DNA of 64,000 bases from Lingula anatina (Eukaryota > Animalia > Brachiopoda): contig CM120642.1 in NCBI GenBank assembly GCA_051362555.1, forward strand, positions 30,194,001 through 30,258,000, in the 5' to 3' direction. The position numbers and the translations under genes were made by a program. How positions within the stretch are numbered: the first letter of the stretch is position 1; each line of letters opens with the position of its first letter. The notes under the pieces were generated by a model. That model worked only from the letters and a program-made list of their open reading frames with translations. It searched no databases and was not told the origin of the DNA. Below, one piece after another: positions 12,513 to 26,164 of the stretch.

Positions 12513-13069
12513 TATTCATCGCATATGCGTACCTAAGTCTGCGATCGCTAGAACAAGTTACCAAGGCAACGTCCTGCTCAGAAGGCTCGTAGGAAGCATT
12601 TATGACCAGTGCTCTGTCGTTGGTCGGAGAGTCTGAATCGACGACATCGATGATGGGGGCGTGGCGGCTGAGGAAGCTGCAGGACCATACGATTCCCGTG
12701 TGCCCAGTGAGTACCCAGAGGAGATCCCCTTCACGAGGGTCCCAGAGTCTCACCTCCTGGTCGCTGGAGGCGGACGCTAGAAGGGTGTCGTCCGGTGAGA
12801 AGACGCAGTGGAATACCCAGTGATTATGACCTCGAAGAGTACGCAATGGAGGGGGAAAGTATTTCTCAACTACGCCAAAGAGGTTTTTCTTTATAGGAAT
12901 CCTAGATCTGAAGATGATATTGAAACTGAATTATTAAATAAAGATTTCAAAAACTTATTTTATGTGAAATACGACTCAGATAAAGAGTTTCTGAACATCA
13001 AAGCAAATAAATGCATAAATTTAACAAAAATATAAAATTAAAAGGTTATTGTCCAAAAAATGCAGTCGT

Positions 13070-13105
<36 letters not shown>

Positions 13106-14076
13106 GGTTACTAGTAATACCACAACATTAACTACTACCTCTTCTAAATTAATACAATTCATACATATGAACGTTAAAAAAATTAACGAGGGAAGGAAAC
13201 CCGGACAACGCAGTGTAATGTGCCATATCTACAAGTACCTGTGATCCCTGCGCACGTTAACGCGGCGCAACTGGTCCCCAACGTTCCACAGTTTGACGGT
13301 TCTGTCTTTGGAACAACTCGCGATCCAGTTGAGTCTTGTGTTAGAGAAGGCAACGTGCTCTATCACGTTCCCGTGTCCCTTGAATTCCAGAAGTTGTCGG
13401 CCATCGAAATTGAATATCTTGACTAGTTGGTCTGTTGCGGCCGTGGCGATGACGTCCAAGTGTCGAGACACGTCCAGACCCTGAGGAAAGATAACTTAGA
13501 ATTGATAGGAAAATATTCTGCTAGCCTGTACTTATATGCTTATATTTTCATGTAGCACAGTTGTATAATTCCGTCTTAATGATAAAATATATACATACTC
13601 AAATAAACGAATATACAACTGGAATACGTGTATTTTCTTATAATAAGGTACGTAAGACTAATACGTACGAACGGAAAATCACCAAAAGTAATAAAGGTTG
13701 ATTTCTTTTGTTAAAATTAAGACTACTTGGTGTCAATTTAACTCCTGCCTCTGCACCTTAATATTAGTTTTACCTGAATACATTTTGACGCGTGCGCCTC
13801 AACGATGGAATGGGACGGGGTTTTCACACGGACGCTCCAAATATACAATAATCCCGAGCTGGTGACGCTGCACAGCTTTGTCCCACTGTTGTTATAGCAA
13901 CACTTCCAAACGTTGTCTTCATGTTCCAAGATGTGCTTACAGTTTGCCTGCGACATGTCTTTCAGATCCCATAAATAAATGTAGTTTGCACTGCAGACGG
14001 CCAATCCCATTGTATTAGGTGCGAAAACGCAATATTCCACCCAGTGATCGTGTTTTAACAGTTTTGGATTACCCAT
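11938..14076 (-). CDS. WD40-repeat (beta-propeller) protein, 368 aa, 4 coding exons
   Basis: Exons 14076-13774, 13480-13239, 12907-12533, 12124-11938 join in frame (1107 nt) with GT-AG sites; repeats such as [24 protein letters not shown] and [31 protein letters not shown]. Confidence 0.88.
12533..12907 (-). CDS. WD40 protein coding exon 3
   Basis: [32 protein letters not shown]...[10 protein letters not shown]; CTTCAG acceptor, AG|GTACGC donor. Confidence 0.85.
13239..13480 (-). CDS. WD40 protein coding exon 2
   Basis: [24 protein letters not shown]...[19 protein letters not shown]. Confidence 0.88.
13774..14076 (-). CDS. WD40 protein coding exon 1
   Basis: [40 protein letters not shown]; CAG|GTAAAA donor; acceptor TTCTCTTCAG 10 nt upstream of the ATG. 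Confidence 0.85.
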
Positions 14077-14501
14077 AGTATTTAGACTGAAGAGAAGGAG
14101 AAAAGAAATAAAATTTTACAAACTGAGAAACTATATTAGAGAGAGAGAGAGATTTTATTGTGAGGAGTGGATTGGACAATTAAAGACGTAAAACCTAGCT
14201 ATGCAAGGAAGGGTTGTGCTTTGGCTCCCGTTTAATACTATGATTTCATCCAATCAACCTGGCATCAGAATCCCCAAATCATAATATACCCTGACTAAAT
14301 CACTACAAAATATATCGGAACGAAATATAAAAATAAAAATTAAAAGACCCGGAACATACGTTAACCGGAACATACGTTATCATTTAGGCTCCTTACATAA
14401 TGTAAAGATATGGTAAAAATTAAAAATTAATTTAAAATTGAGACAGTCATGGATTTTTGTTCTGTGAACATATAGTTAAAAAAAGTTGAATACAACATTG
14501 A

Positions 14502-14503
<2 letters not shown>

Positions 14504-14577
<74 letters not shown>

Positions 14578-14678
14578 CTTTTGTTCGTCCATCAACCTGT
14601 TTGTCCGTATCCATCAGTCTCAACGACTTTTATACACCCAAACCCAATATAGAGGTGCATTTCACATGCTGAATTGTC

Positions 14679-14733
<55 letters not shown>
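14504..14733. repeat. (TTA)n and (TAA)n microsatellites in inverted orientation
   Basis: TTA run ~14504-14575, TAA run ~14679-14733. Confidence 0.9.
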
Positions 14734-15167
14734 GAAGTAGTGGTAAACAAAGATAGAAAGAAAGAAAACAAGAACATGGAAACAATGCCGAAATAACGCT
14801 ATGGCGCTCAGTAGTTGATAAGCGCAATTTTTGGAAGCAATCACTTTCGTTAGATTTTTCTTATTTTCTTTCCTTTCTTTCTTTTCCTTTTCTATTTAAC
14901 AAACAGGCAAATATAAAAATCAACCCTGATTATTTAAAAGATTATTTGTAATTGTACTAGATGCATTTATATCGAATCGAGTAAAAATTTGGAAAAGACA
15001 AAAACTTGGAAATCATAGCCTTTTCTCGAGTTTTGCACCAGTGCATTTTCCAAGCCAACAAAATTAGATCTTGTGAAAAAGTCCCGGTAAAAATAACTTT
15101 TCAGGCTATGTAGTTGTGTTAAGGCGTCCTCATATTTGTAAATATTACCTCAAAAGACATCCCTTAC

Positions 15168-15619
15168 CTTATTACAAGGTTTGTTGTGGTTTGGTGACCT
15201 AGTTTTACCTTTGACCTCAGATGCCGCTTCTGTTACGTCATAATCTTACCACAGTTTTTACAGCCTCATCTAGACTAGATTTTGTTTGATGAATATTATA
15301 CATTACTTTATTTAATGGAAATATAATTTGCTTTTATTGATCATATATGTCATAGGGAGGGCCCAAAAAGCAGTCCAATGGGTTAGGCTATAAAGAATCT
15401 CAGTTGATCTAAGTGTTCGCACTGCATGATGGGACAGGGCTTGGGTATATGGTAAATCGGGCAAATTAAAGGCCGGGAGAACCTAAAAAATTAATGTGAA
15501 TTTAAATAATAAAGCATAATATTTCAAGCTTCAGGGTTCCCGACCATCCTGCAGATCTATTGAGTTGTCTTCTGAGACTATCCCAAAGTTTGAAGCCCTT
15601 TCAGTGAAGACAGAGTAAG
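15168..15619. promoter_or_regulatory. Putative bidirectional promoter between the WD40 gene and RXR, with non-coding first exons
   Basis: Minus-strand donor AAG|GTAAGG at 15168; plus-strand CCAAT (15375), TATAAAG (15389) and donor AAG|GTGAGT at 15619; TTACGTCA at 15233; AGGTCA-type motifs at 15195-15217. Confidence 0.45.
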
Positions 15620-16212
15620 GTGAGTATTTTGATTCGTATTTCCAACATGGCTTCTCAGACTTATTACTTTGGCACTTTATGCAGTCTACAATCGATTTGC
15701 GCTTCAAGTTTCTCATGACAGTCCCTACAAAATATGTCCATAATTTTCGCAGAAGACACTCCTTAATTTACTCCTTAATTTACTCACAAACGGATTACAC
15801 ATCAACGCTCACCTACTAATGTTTATTCTGTGCATTGTAACAGCTATTTGAATATTTATATATATATATTTTTTAGTTTCTTAAGTTCTTGTTATCTATT
15901 TTAAGATTTGGGAAAAACATGCATTCTCTGTTGTCAATTTGATATGCAGCATTTGGAGTTACTTTAGCACACTGCCAATTAAATTTATCGTTAGCACCAA
16001 AGCATGTGTCTGCTGCTGGCAAGCACATGCTTTTATCTCCAGTATTTTGCATGAGGGGCCCCATTGGGTATTTTCATTACATGTGAACGTCACTTTTTTA
16101 TTTTGTGAAGTGTGTGAAACATACGTTCTATTCAGCTTGATCCGTGAACCGCCCCAATCTAGTGACTCCTGACCAGTACCTAGTGCAGCTTTATAGTCTT
16201 CATCTTTTGTGG

Positions 16213-17134
16213 GGGCCATAGCAATAGTCCGAAGGGTCAATAGCCTGAAAGTTCATTGGTCCGAATGTTCACTATAGAACCTTCGTACCAATGAACCCTT
16301 GATAAAAAAAATTATGAAAATATGATTTTTTGGACCAATGAACCCTCAGGCTATCGAGAAGCCTCTTTCATGAAAAGAAGGCATCATACTTTCAACTTGT
16401 ATATCTCCTACATTTCCATTGAGAGATGAATAAATTCTTATTTACTGTGATTTGTGGATTGATGATTTTAGTTACCGTGTACTCTGATCACTAGTATGAA
16501 GTTTCATTGATCTGAAGGTTCAGTGGTCCCAAAAAATCATAATGTAACACTTTCATCAGTTTTTAATAAGGAGCCGTAGCGATAGTCCAAAGGTTCAATA
16601 GTCCGAAGGTTCATTGGTCCGAATGTTCACTATAGAACCTTCGGACCAATGAACCCTTGATTAAAAAAATCGATGAAAATGTTACCACTTTTCGGACCAA
16701 TGAACCTTCGGACTATCGAGACGCCCCCTTTAATAAAAGGGCAAGTTGGTCGGAAGGTTCTTTAGTAAACATTTAGACCAATGAACTTACAGACTATTGA
16801 ACCTTTGACTACTCTCATGTACCCAGGTGGAGGAGAGATAAGGGGGAGGGGTAGCAGCTCTCTTAGGCACAGGCTACTGTAACACCTATAGCCTTATTAT
16901 ATGAGGAAGTTGTCTTGTAAAACATCTAAATATTAAAGTGGCATTAACTCGGGATTTTTTTGCTGTGGTTAGAAGGGGGGGCGTCTCGATAGTCCGAAGG
17001 TTCATTGGTCCGAAAAACGGTAACATTTTTATCGGTTTTTTAATCAAGGGTTCATTGGTCCGAAGGTTCTGTGGTGAACATTCGGACCAATGAACCTTCG
17101 GACTATTGAACCTTCGGACTATTGCTACGGCTCC
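16213..17134. mobile_element. Cluster of short palindromic MITE-like units (ATAGTCCGAAGGTTCATTGGTCCGAA family)
   Basis: Degenerate copy ~16213-16343; intact copies 16570-16730 and 16973-17134 are near-perfect inverted duplicates of each other. Confidence 0.8.
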
Positions 17135-17882
17135 GGTTAGAACATTGGCAGTCTATGCTTGTCAGATGTTAATCACTTTTAATGCTTTTTTATAGTTGTA
17201 ATATATAAACTTTGATAAAAGAGACTTTATTCTTTCTTTGTTTTATTTATAAGGGCACAGTGTAAGATTTTATATAGGTTAGATACCCAGTTTTACGTAA
17301 ACCACTTCTTGTTGAAGGTTTCTGAGAACAAAAAATAATTTTTGATAATTTTATCAGATACATGCCATAAATGAATGTTGCCAGTATATCACCTGATAAA
17401 CCTGGCCAAATTTCAATCAACTTGACACCCCATCCTAAGCATGTGTTAAAGATTTGAATATTCCCAGATTGTTACAGGGTTATGGCGAGTGTTAGGACAG
17501 GATGATGGAACGAAGAGTCGGAAAAAAGATATCAAGGAAAATGTGTTAAATATGGGGGAGGGGGTCTTACACTGGGCACCTTTTAGTATTCCCTTGACTT
17601 CTTTATCTATATGTGTTTATGTTTTTGTCTGTCTGTATGTGCTTTTCAATTATAAATGAAGAGGCTAAGAGAAGCTAACAAATTTATTTATTTATTCAGT
17701 TAACATCATGCTTGAATTACATATATGCATCTTTATAGTAGAAAAAGATAGTGCAACATTATAGTGAAGACAAACTTTAATGACAAGGTTTCATCAGAAT
17801 GGAAGGTTATTAACCCTGATGATTGTTGACTGAAATGCATTGATTTCATGTATTATTTCATTATCCAAATCAAGACAAGGCC

Positions 17883-17896
17883 AGGTCAAAAGTTCA
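17883..17896 (+). promoter_or_regulatory. DR2 nuclear-receptor response element
   Basis: AGGTCA-AA-AGTTCA; both half-sites match RGKTCA. Confidence 0.4.
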
Positions 17897-20800
17897 TTAT
17901 GTTATTAAACCAACCTCCGCATACAGAAGAGGTTCCAGATATCCAGGGTTGCACTGTAAAGTGATGAGATTTTATAGTCACAAAACTGAAATGAGTAATT
18001 TTGCAATTGGGTATGATGTGCAATCGCAATACTTTATGTATTAGACTGAATGTCAAAGATGAATTATAAAATGTCACTAATGCAGTTTACTGGTGGAAGA
18101 GCCCCAAGGTGATGCTTCGCTAGTGTGCTACTGCTCCGAACAAAGGAAGAAAGTCACCCAGTGAGCATATGTGATAAACAAAGGGATGCTTTAAACAAGC
18201 CATATATTACTTGAAAGCCCTCCCCCCCCCCAAAAAAAAAAAATAATAATAATTTACAATTTACAACAAATTCAAATCATTATTTAATTTTTTTAAAACT
18301 TATTAACAGCTTTTTTGTTGTTAATTAATTTTTTGAACAATTGGTTTTTTGTTTTCCTAAAACAAAACAGTGTGTTTAAATAAATCATATTTAAGGTTCA
18401 TAATTTGCAAATAATCAGAGATACGGAAATAAGATAAAGCATTTGTGTTTTTAATATTTTGATTTTTATTACAAGCTCAGTTTCAGATATGATTTTCACT
18501 TTATTTATAAAAATATCGAGAATACAGAAGTTTTATTTCTATACTTTTTACAATTATTGAACAATTAAATTGGACTGCACAATCTGAAATATTCACATAG
18601 ATATACATTTAAGCCTTGTATTGTTAGTTGTATAATTTAATTGTTTCTAAACTTTGTTACAGATTTGGCACTCATCACACTACTGTCATTATCAATCATT
18701 ACAAAGTACTATTATTACGAAGTATTATTTTATATTTATTATAGACTAAACATTTAAATTTGTCTTTATTTACCTATTATATTAGGATTAACCAATAAAC
18801 TCTTTAAAAATCTAGCCAGATTTTGTGCGATTACTTGGGAAGAATTTTGGATCTAAAATAATGACAATCAAGTGATGCAGATTTGATTTTAAGATACTTC
18901 ATTTATGTAACCAATTCATTGACAGGTCTAGAATTTTGGGTTAGGAAATGTGATTTATGCATTTTGCCAATTTTTGAAAATAAATCAAATTATTTTTTTT
19001 CTCTTCTCTCCATTATTGGCATAAAAGTTGGACATTGCATCCACCATCTTGTCAAGGAAAGAGAGACCCCCCCCCTCCCCACTCCCCCACCATACCTGCC
19101 TTTGTAATGACCTCCCAGCCTGTGACATTGATCAATTGGCTGATGATATCTCTTGTTTTATGACAATGTCCAGATTATTGTGTGGCCTTTTCAATTATCA
19201 TTTCTCTGGTTAATTTCAGGTATTGTCAAGCTTCAGAAGTCAATTAAAAATTGATTCATATTTTCACATGTACTGATATTAATTAGTTTTTTATTATTTT
19301 TTCCAAAAGGAGTATTTTGTCTTTTCTCTCGAAGTTTTTTTTTGTCTTATTATTTTATTATTCTTTGTTTTATTGTTTTAAGTGGCTTCCATTATTATTT
19401 CCTCATTTTTTTTCTCATGGATTGATTATGTAATTCATATGTCATAATGGTATTATACAACTTGGAAGAGAGAGAGAGATAGACAGAGAGAATTTATGTA
19501 GGCATACATGCGTGAGAGATGGATGGAGAGGTAATAATGATGTACAGATAATCTACCAAGGTATCATTAACACTTGAGTGCTGTCTGTTAACTATTTAAA
19601 TTGTGGCCACAGGTGGGTATTATCTCATACTGTCGGCATACGTAATTGCTCTGTGTTGTGTAAGGTTTGACTTGAATATTCATCATGTCCATAGTTCCTG
19701 CTGTCCAAAGACACCTTGTACATCATAGGTCAGATAGCTTTTAAAAATTGATCACTTAACTTAGCTCCATGTTATTTTTAATTGTTTTGTTCTCAACATT
19801 ATATCTTAAACATCAGTCAATTTGATTTTTTAAAAAAATTTCTAGGTAAATTGTGAGAATTCAGGTTTCTTGCAAAGTAATATGTTGGTTTCCGTAATGT
19901 GTGGTGGATTAAGCAAAAACAGAAAACAAAATACCGTCAAGGTCAAGAGAAGGTCTTCTGTACTTTAATGGTGATACACTAACTTGGCTTCAATCTGACA
20001 CGTGTTTTAGTAATTTGAAGTACAGTCTTGTCAGGTGTGTTCTGTGAAGGCATTTTTTCCCCAAAATTTGGCAGGGCTTTTAATTTTTTCTGTAGAAACA
20101 GTAAGGCTTGAGGTTTATGTATGTGTAGAAATAAATTAACTGGAGGAATTCATAGCTGACCATTGGTCAAGGCTGAGGACCCTGCTGGAATTTCCCAGCA
20201 TTCTCAGGGAAGAGTGAGGCATGGTGGGATGGTTACCTTATGTTAACCCTTCCCTACCGTAAACCTCAGAATTTATGTACTGGTCAGAGTATGCCATCAG
20301 AATTTTTGCAAATTTTCTGTATATTTCTCCTATTATCTTATAAATTCTGAAAGATATTGTGTTTTACCACATAAAAATAATTTCCTGTGCATGAAAGCCT
20401 TACTGTTGTTTATCAGAAATACATAGGTGAGGAAAAAAACTTATTTTAAATAATCTGTGATGAAGTAAAGACATCAAGTCATTAAGTTCTTAAAATGAAA
20501 CTGCTTTCCTACCACCTTGTCTCGTTAAGATGTATTTTAATTGGATTTCATGTACTGTATGATGTTTTTAGCTGTGCGTTCTGCTTTGCTCGGTCCCAGT
20601 ATTTGAATAAGAGAATATTTACCTACGTCATTATTCTAGAGCATACTGTATTAACCAAGCATTGACCCAGCAAAAGGTGTTTATGTAATCGCTGGGTGCT
20701 TTGGTCAGTGAGAGGCTAGTCAGCCAGTAGTGGGTCAGACAAATGCAATTTAGTTGAGATCAGCGCAGAGAAAGTAAGAGCGGGAGGAAAATCTCACCTC

Positions 20801-20947
20801 ACGGCCAGGTTTCATGAAAAGATTTTGGAAGGACAGGATTAGACTGAACAGGTGTGGGAGACAGGCTTAATAAGCAGTGTGGTCTTTTTCTGAAGACGTT
20901 GATAAGGAAGTTCAAAAGGCTTATTGCTCAGGCAGTAGTGTGTTTGG

Positions 20948-21104
20948 ATGAACTCCCTGAACAGTCGCCTCTCTGACTGTGCCTTGAACGACGACAACCA
21001 CTGTGGTCGTGGGCAGCCACAGGATTGTGCTGTTCCTGCGTCGTTTGCTCGCATGTTTTCTGATCAAATGGAAATGTATAACAATAACCAGTATTACATG
21101 GCAG
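20948..21104 (+). CDS. RXR: Probable alternative first coding exon of RXR (52 aa N-terminal extension)
   Basis: MNSLNSRLSDCALNDDNHCGRGQPQDCAVPASFARMFSDQMEMYNNNQYYMA then CAG|GTAAGA, phase 1, in frame with the exon at 47824. Confidence 0.6.
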
Positions 21105-21992
21105 GTAAGACTTTTTTTCCTTGTGTCTTATTATGTCTTACTGTGCATCTACATTTTAATGTTTTTATATTAGTCTTAATACATGACAAACGGCAAGGCT
21201 TTATTTTCAAAGATGTTTCTGAAGAAAGATCCTTGATTCATACACGTTATCAGGGAGTTATCCAGTGTGTTGATATCATTTTTTATTTATAAGTTGACAG
21301 TATTCTTGTTTTAGTTGAATACTTTGATTGCTTCATCAAGTTTTTCTTTAAGAAGGTCAAAAACACCAGGATTTGCCTAGATTTTTTTTACTGATAATTG
21401 AAGCACTACTAAAAGTGAGTCTTTATAAGGGAATGACACCCATAAATAAGAGAATATTAGTTTTCTCATGGATTATAAGTCACCCAAGGTTAAACCATGA
21501 GAATAATGAAGAACTGGATTTTAGATTAAGGTAGACAGACATGACATGGCGTAGGCTTTTAATTAGGCTTATTTTGCACGGGGTATTTTTTTACTTATTC
21601 TGAGATCCGGGATTATGGATATTCTTTGCCCATAATTAGTGATACAATTATCCACAGACATTATATTATTGGTATTAAGTTATTGGTAATACCTGTAGGG
21701 AAGATGTTGCCCATTCCATAAGTAGCTTTCTTGATAATTCGGTATTGATGGAGAGCCTCCCATGTATAAACACCTGTATTGTTTCTTCTCTTGACGGCTT
21801 GCCGCTTTTGTTATTTTTATTATTTCAAGGGAGATTTAAGGCAGATTCAAACCAGGTGAAACTAACACCAGAAATAATCAATCAATTTCCCATGACCAGA
21901 CAGTGGTGATGTATTAGCCTGGGGTTTTTGAAATTTTTTAAGTAGTAAAGGTTTTAATTTGTCACATTAGGTCTGCCAGGTGATGTCAGTAA

Positions 21993-22223
21993 GGGATCAT
22001 TGCCAGTGAAGCTATTGTTCTGTGTACTTCAATTCAGCCACGTGGGGACTCTTGCTGAATGCAATCACATTAAACAAATTTCCTTGTATAATCACCAGCG
22101 TGTCTGTACTATATTCAATATCTAGAGGAGGTGTATTAAACTGTTAATCTGATTGCATTCAGCAAGAGTCCCCTTGTAGTTGATCAATCTACATAGCATG
22201 GTATTTTCATAGGGAATGAGCCC
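21993..22223. mobile_element. PIF/Harbinger-like MITE, family A
   Basis: GGGATCATT...AATGAGCCC termini; internal IR GGGGACTCTTGCTGAATGCAATCA / TGATTGCATTCAGCAAGAGTCCCC; second copy at 34892. Confidence 0.65.
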
Positions 22224-25200
22224 TATTTAGATGGATTTAATTTAGGCCAGGTCTGAATGTGCCTGAGGTAATATAACGGTGGTCAACTTGCCAGCTGTCC
22301 ACCTTAATAACCCATCTTTAATGTAAATATCTAACCGAACAGCCTGCTAGTTAGCCAGCATCTGGCTTCCCACAGAAAGGCCTAATGACATTCTCTGTAT
22401 ACATTACTGGTGTAACCATAGATCTGGAAGATCAGATAAACAGCAGTGAGAGCATGCATTGATGATATCAGGAAAGGCCGGTCTAACTCTTCTCCTTACA
22501 TGAGCGGCATTAAGTTGTGCTCACTATTGTGGCAGAGCGCAGCTTCTTTTCACTGTGTTCTTAAGTGAGAAGATTGCTGTTTCTTGAAGGAAACCATATT
22601 TAGCGTAGGAGTAATATAGAAGGTTTTTAAGAATTAGATGGAAATATAAGGGATCTCTAAGTTGGAACATAAATTAAAAATAAACTGTGAGATACAGCTC
22701 TATAACAATGAATTCTTTTCTCTTTGTCAATTAGACAACCGTTTAAGATTTTGCACGTTGATATTTAATTTTCAAATCAGTTAAAATAAACAGAGATTTT
22801 AAATATGTCAATAAGGAGTGGTCATCTCTTTACTGGTCAGTGCATTGAGTACACAGTGGTCAAAGGGGTGTGTGTGTCTCTCAAGTCTACTGACCTGTGT
22901 TTATATAATATGGCTGGAAAGTGGGAGGCTGATATGATAACACAGAGCACATGTCAGTGTTATATTACTCTGGTGTATTGAAACCCTGGCCTTCTCCCTA
23001 CAGTTTTCCTCCCTTGTATGTGTACACAAAATTTGTAATGGTGTTGGTTTACAGTAGTATTTGCAGTGAATGCCAAGCTGTAAGAGTGTACGTTTACAGT
23101 GGCCTTAGTATTATGGTGTTGGTCTAGCTTGATGGCATTGACTACATGATCTGCAACCAATTGAATATACTTGTCGAGTTTTACCTGAGCAAATTATGCA
23201 CAAAATTGTTCTGTTAGTATATTTTAAAAATGGGTGAAGAACAATTAAGTGGTTATAACATTAACAAAGCAGATGTACAGTTTCATAGTGTGGTTAAAAA
23301 TCCAGTTTATATCTATGCTGAAAGCATTTTAATTCTAGTGGAATACAAAGAATAGCAATAGATTACTCTCAGCATTCAATGCTTATAAAATGCTCTAAGC
23401 ATGCTCTAAGCATAGGCATTATTTATCAAATTTCCTACAGTGTTCAGTTTTATCCACATTGAAGACAATAGATTTTTTGTTGACATGATTCAAATTCTGT
23501 GGATTAACAATACAGAGGGAGTTAATGTTCTTTGCTGTTTTATTGGGCAGTGACCCTTTCCTAATGATTGTTGGTTGCATATGAAAGCAAATGACTACAT
23601 TTCCTGCATTCGGGACAGTGAGTCACCGTGTAAAATATTTAGTAAAACTGGAATATATTTTCACTGTTACAAGTGTACGTATTTTCACACATTTAATTAT
23701 TAATCCTTGAAAGCAGGAGACAAGGTTTGAAATGTAGAGACTGTATTATCTGGTAGATTTGACACGTCTTTATTCTCACACTGTGATTGCTGTCAATTCT
23801 CATTTAGAACATATTAAAGATGCATTATTCAATGGCGCAGAGGAAGTGATTTTGTATTTTTCACTATACAGCGCTGAGGAGAAAAATCAAGTTTGCTGGG
23901 TTTTTAAGTTTTATTCTGTAGCTGCGCTGGTGTGGCAGCTCAGACAGGTCAGGCGCAGTTCACTAGGCCACTACCACTGCTCCATAATAGGTCTCTGTTC
24001 ACAGGGAACCATGCGGATTAAACCCAAATTAAAATATCATCAAATACGCTGTGATATATTTGCAGGGCTGGGCAGTCTGGCCATCGGACAGTTTCGCCAT
24101 CAGACAATGAAGGCATGGATGTGTTTTTAATTTGTTTTGTGTTTTCCATCCCTCTGTTTGGTCAGTCGACATGTATTCTGTTCTTGTTATGCTTTGTCAT
24201 GTGACCTAACATGTGACCAAACTAAGTTGGTGAAATGACCAGCTTTTTCTATTACAAGGGAGCTTGCATATTGAATACAATCATTTTCTTCTGACTTGAG
24301 CAGAATTAGTCAATACAAATGAGATAATGATGCCTTTAAAATAGTTAAATATTTAGATCAGCTTATGTGGTTTTAATTGTACTGATATCATTCATGTGTC
24401 AGGACCACAAAAACATCTCCCTCACCCCCCCCCTTCCCCCCCCCCCCCCCGCTAGCTTATGGTGAAACAAATGCCTTTTCCCCTTGTTTATTAATGTGGC
24501 ATGTTTTGTTTATATACAAGATACCCAGACGGATTATATAACTTTCAAGCTAATAAAGACTCAAGTGCACTAAATGCACAAACTCAATCCATGTCTCTGC
24601 ACTGATAACAGCAGTGAAAATACACCATGGGACGACCTGGTGTCCAGAATTATTCTGAAACTGGAAGAAAGGAAGCTGAGTTTAGGGTGTTGCCAAATAA
24701 CCAGTCCATTCACTGGGGATATTTAAAGCTCCAGTCGTTTTAATGCTTGAGAATTCAAGAAAGATTCACTGAAGCGTACATTTTGTTTTAGCAGAATAGC
24801 TGAAGATATTGGCAAATAAAACAAAAAGTCTTCATTTTCCGTATTGAAAAAAAAGTACTAGTAGTTTGGTGAAAATGTTGTGATCAAGGGAAGATGCAGA
24901 GATCATCAGTTTGTCTGACAATGATCTTAATACAGAAAATGATAATATTTTTAAACCCCTTTTAAATGGAATGCTGGCCATGTTACTGGTCATCTCTGTT
25001 GATGGACATAAGGGGTGGATCTGCATATCAAAATATAATTGGTTTTCTTTTTCATGCTGACCATTTGTCCAGACTGGTTTCGTAATCCCCAAGCTAATGC
25101 CAGGTCTCTCAAGAATCGGAAAATGCAAATTTGCATTCGTTCCCTTGTTATTGTATTTTATTATTCACATGAGCAGGTGCTAGAGGAAAATTATTTTAAG

Positions 25201-26123
25201 CAGAGGCTGATTACTTCTTCCTTAAGATACTTGAAAACATGTCATCTCTTGCACTAGAATCCCAAGTGTTGTATTTTTCCTGGCCAATCTGTATCAGTTT
25301 CCACAAAATGTTTACTTAAGTTGTCTCTTCCAATACTGAGTAGAGTTAATTTATAGATTGGTGGTGTGTCTGCAGACTAGTTGTAATGCAGGCAGCGGGA
25401 GTGGGCAAGCCAGACATGTTATGTAAGCACCCAGTGCTTATGAAAAGTAAACTAGGTCAATATGATTTCCCCAAATGTCTTCAAACAGGTGGTAAACAAT
25501 GGGCCCCAAGTCCCAGGTGGGCCTTGTGAGTAATTGGACCTGCTTTAGTATGCATTGTGCATTTGACTTTGTTTTTGTTACAGTCTTCTTTGTTGTCCTT
25601 TGGTGTTGGTTAAAGTGACATATTGTGTTTCAAACTGTTTTTTGTCTCTCTCTCTTTGTAGTTTGTTAGACCATCTATTGCATCACCTGCCTAGTTATAA
25701 CCTGGCATTTATTGTCAAGTTTTTGTTGCTTCATTAACTGTTTGTGATTCATAGCACTGCTGATGGTTGCTGATTAAATATTCTAAAGGCGGCAAATCTT
25801 CATTGTCTAGTGCTGAATCAACAGCAAAATTTTGATTTTGGAAAGTTTGAGGTAAAATGAACATTGATATGTTTGGTTGTCTTTTTCGCCAAAGTTAGGT
25901 ATATTAGCTTTGATACAAAATTTTGTCATAACAATGATAACGAAAGCAGTGTATCTAATAATTTCTTTCATGAAACCTCAGTTTCTGACTGCAGTTGAAG
26001 AATAAGTAATCACGACTTTTGGCAGTGTGCCAGTCCAATCATGACTGCTCGTTTCAGTGTGGGAAGAGCTTTGACATAAAGTAGCAGAAAATTATTCTAA
26101 TAATGGCGCTAACCCCACAGCAC

Positions 26124-26133
26124 GTGTGTGTGT

Positions 26134-26164
<31 letters not shown>

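Noticed and set aside
11938-14076. WD40 gene as WDR5, given the vertebrate RXRA-WDR5 linkage
   Set aside because: WDR5 is highly conserved across animals and this protein does not match its sequence
14486-14827. Poly-Leu/poly-Ile hydrophobic ORFs
   Set aside because: Translation of (TTA)/(TAA) microsatellites
16213-17134. CRISPR-like repeat array
   Set aside because: Eukaryotic context; repeats are inverted and nested, with no regular unique spacers or cas genes
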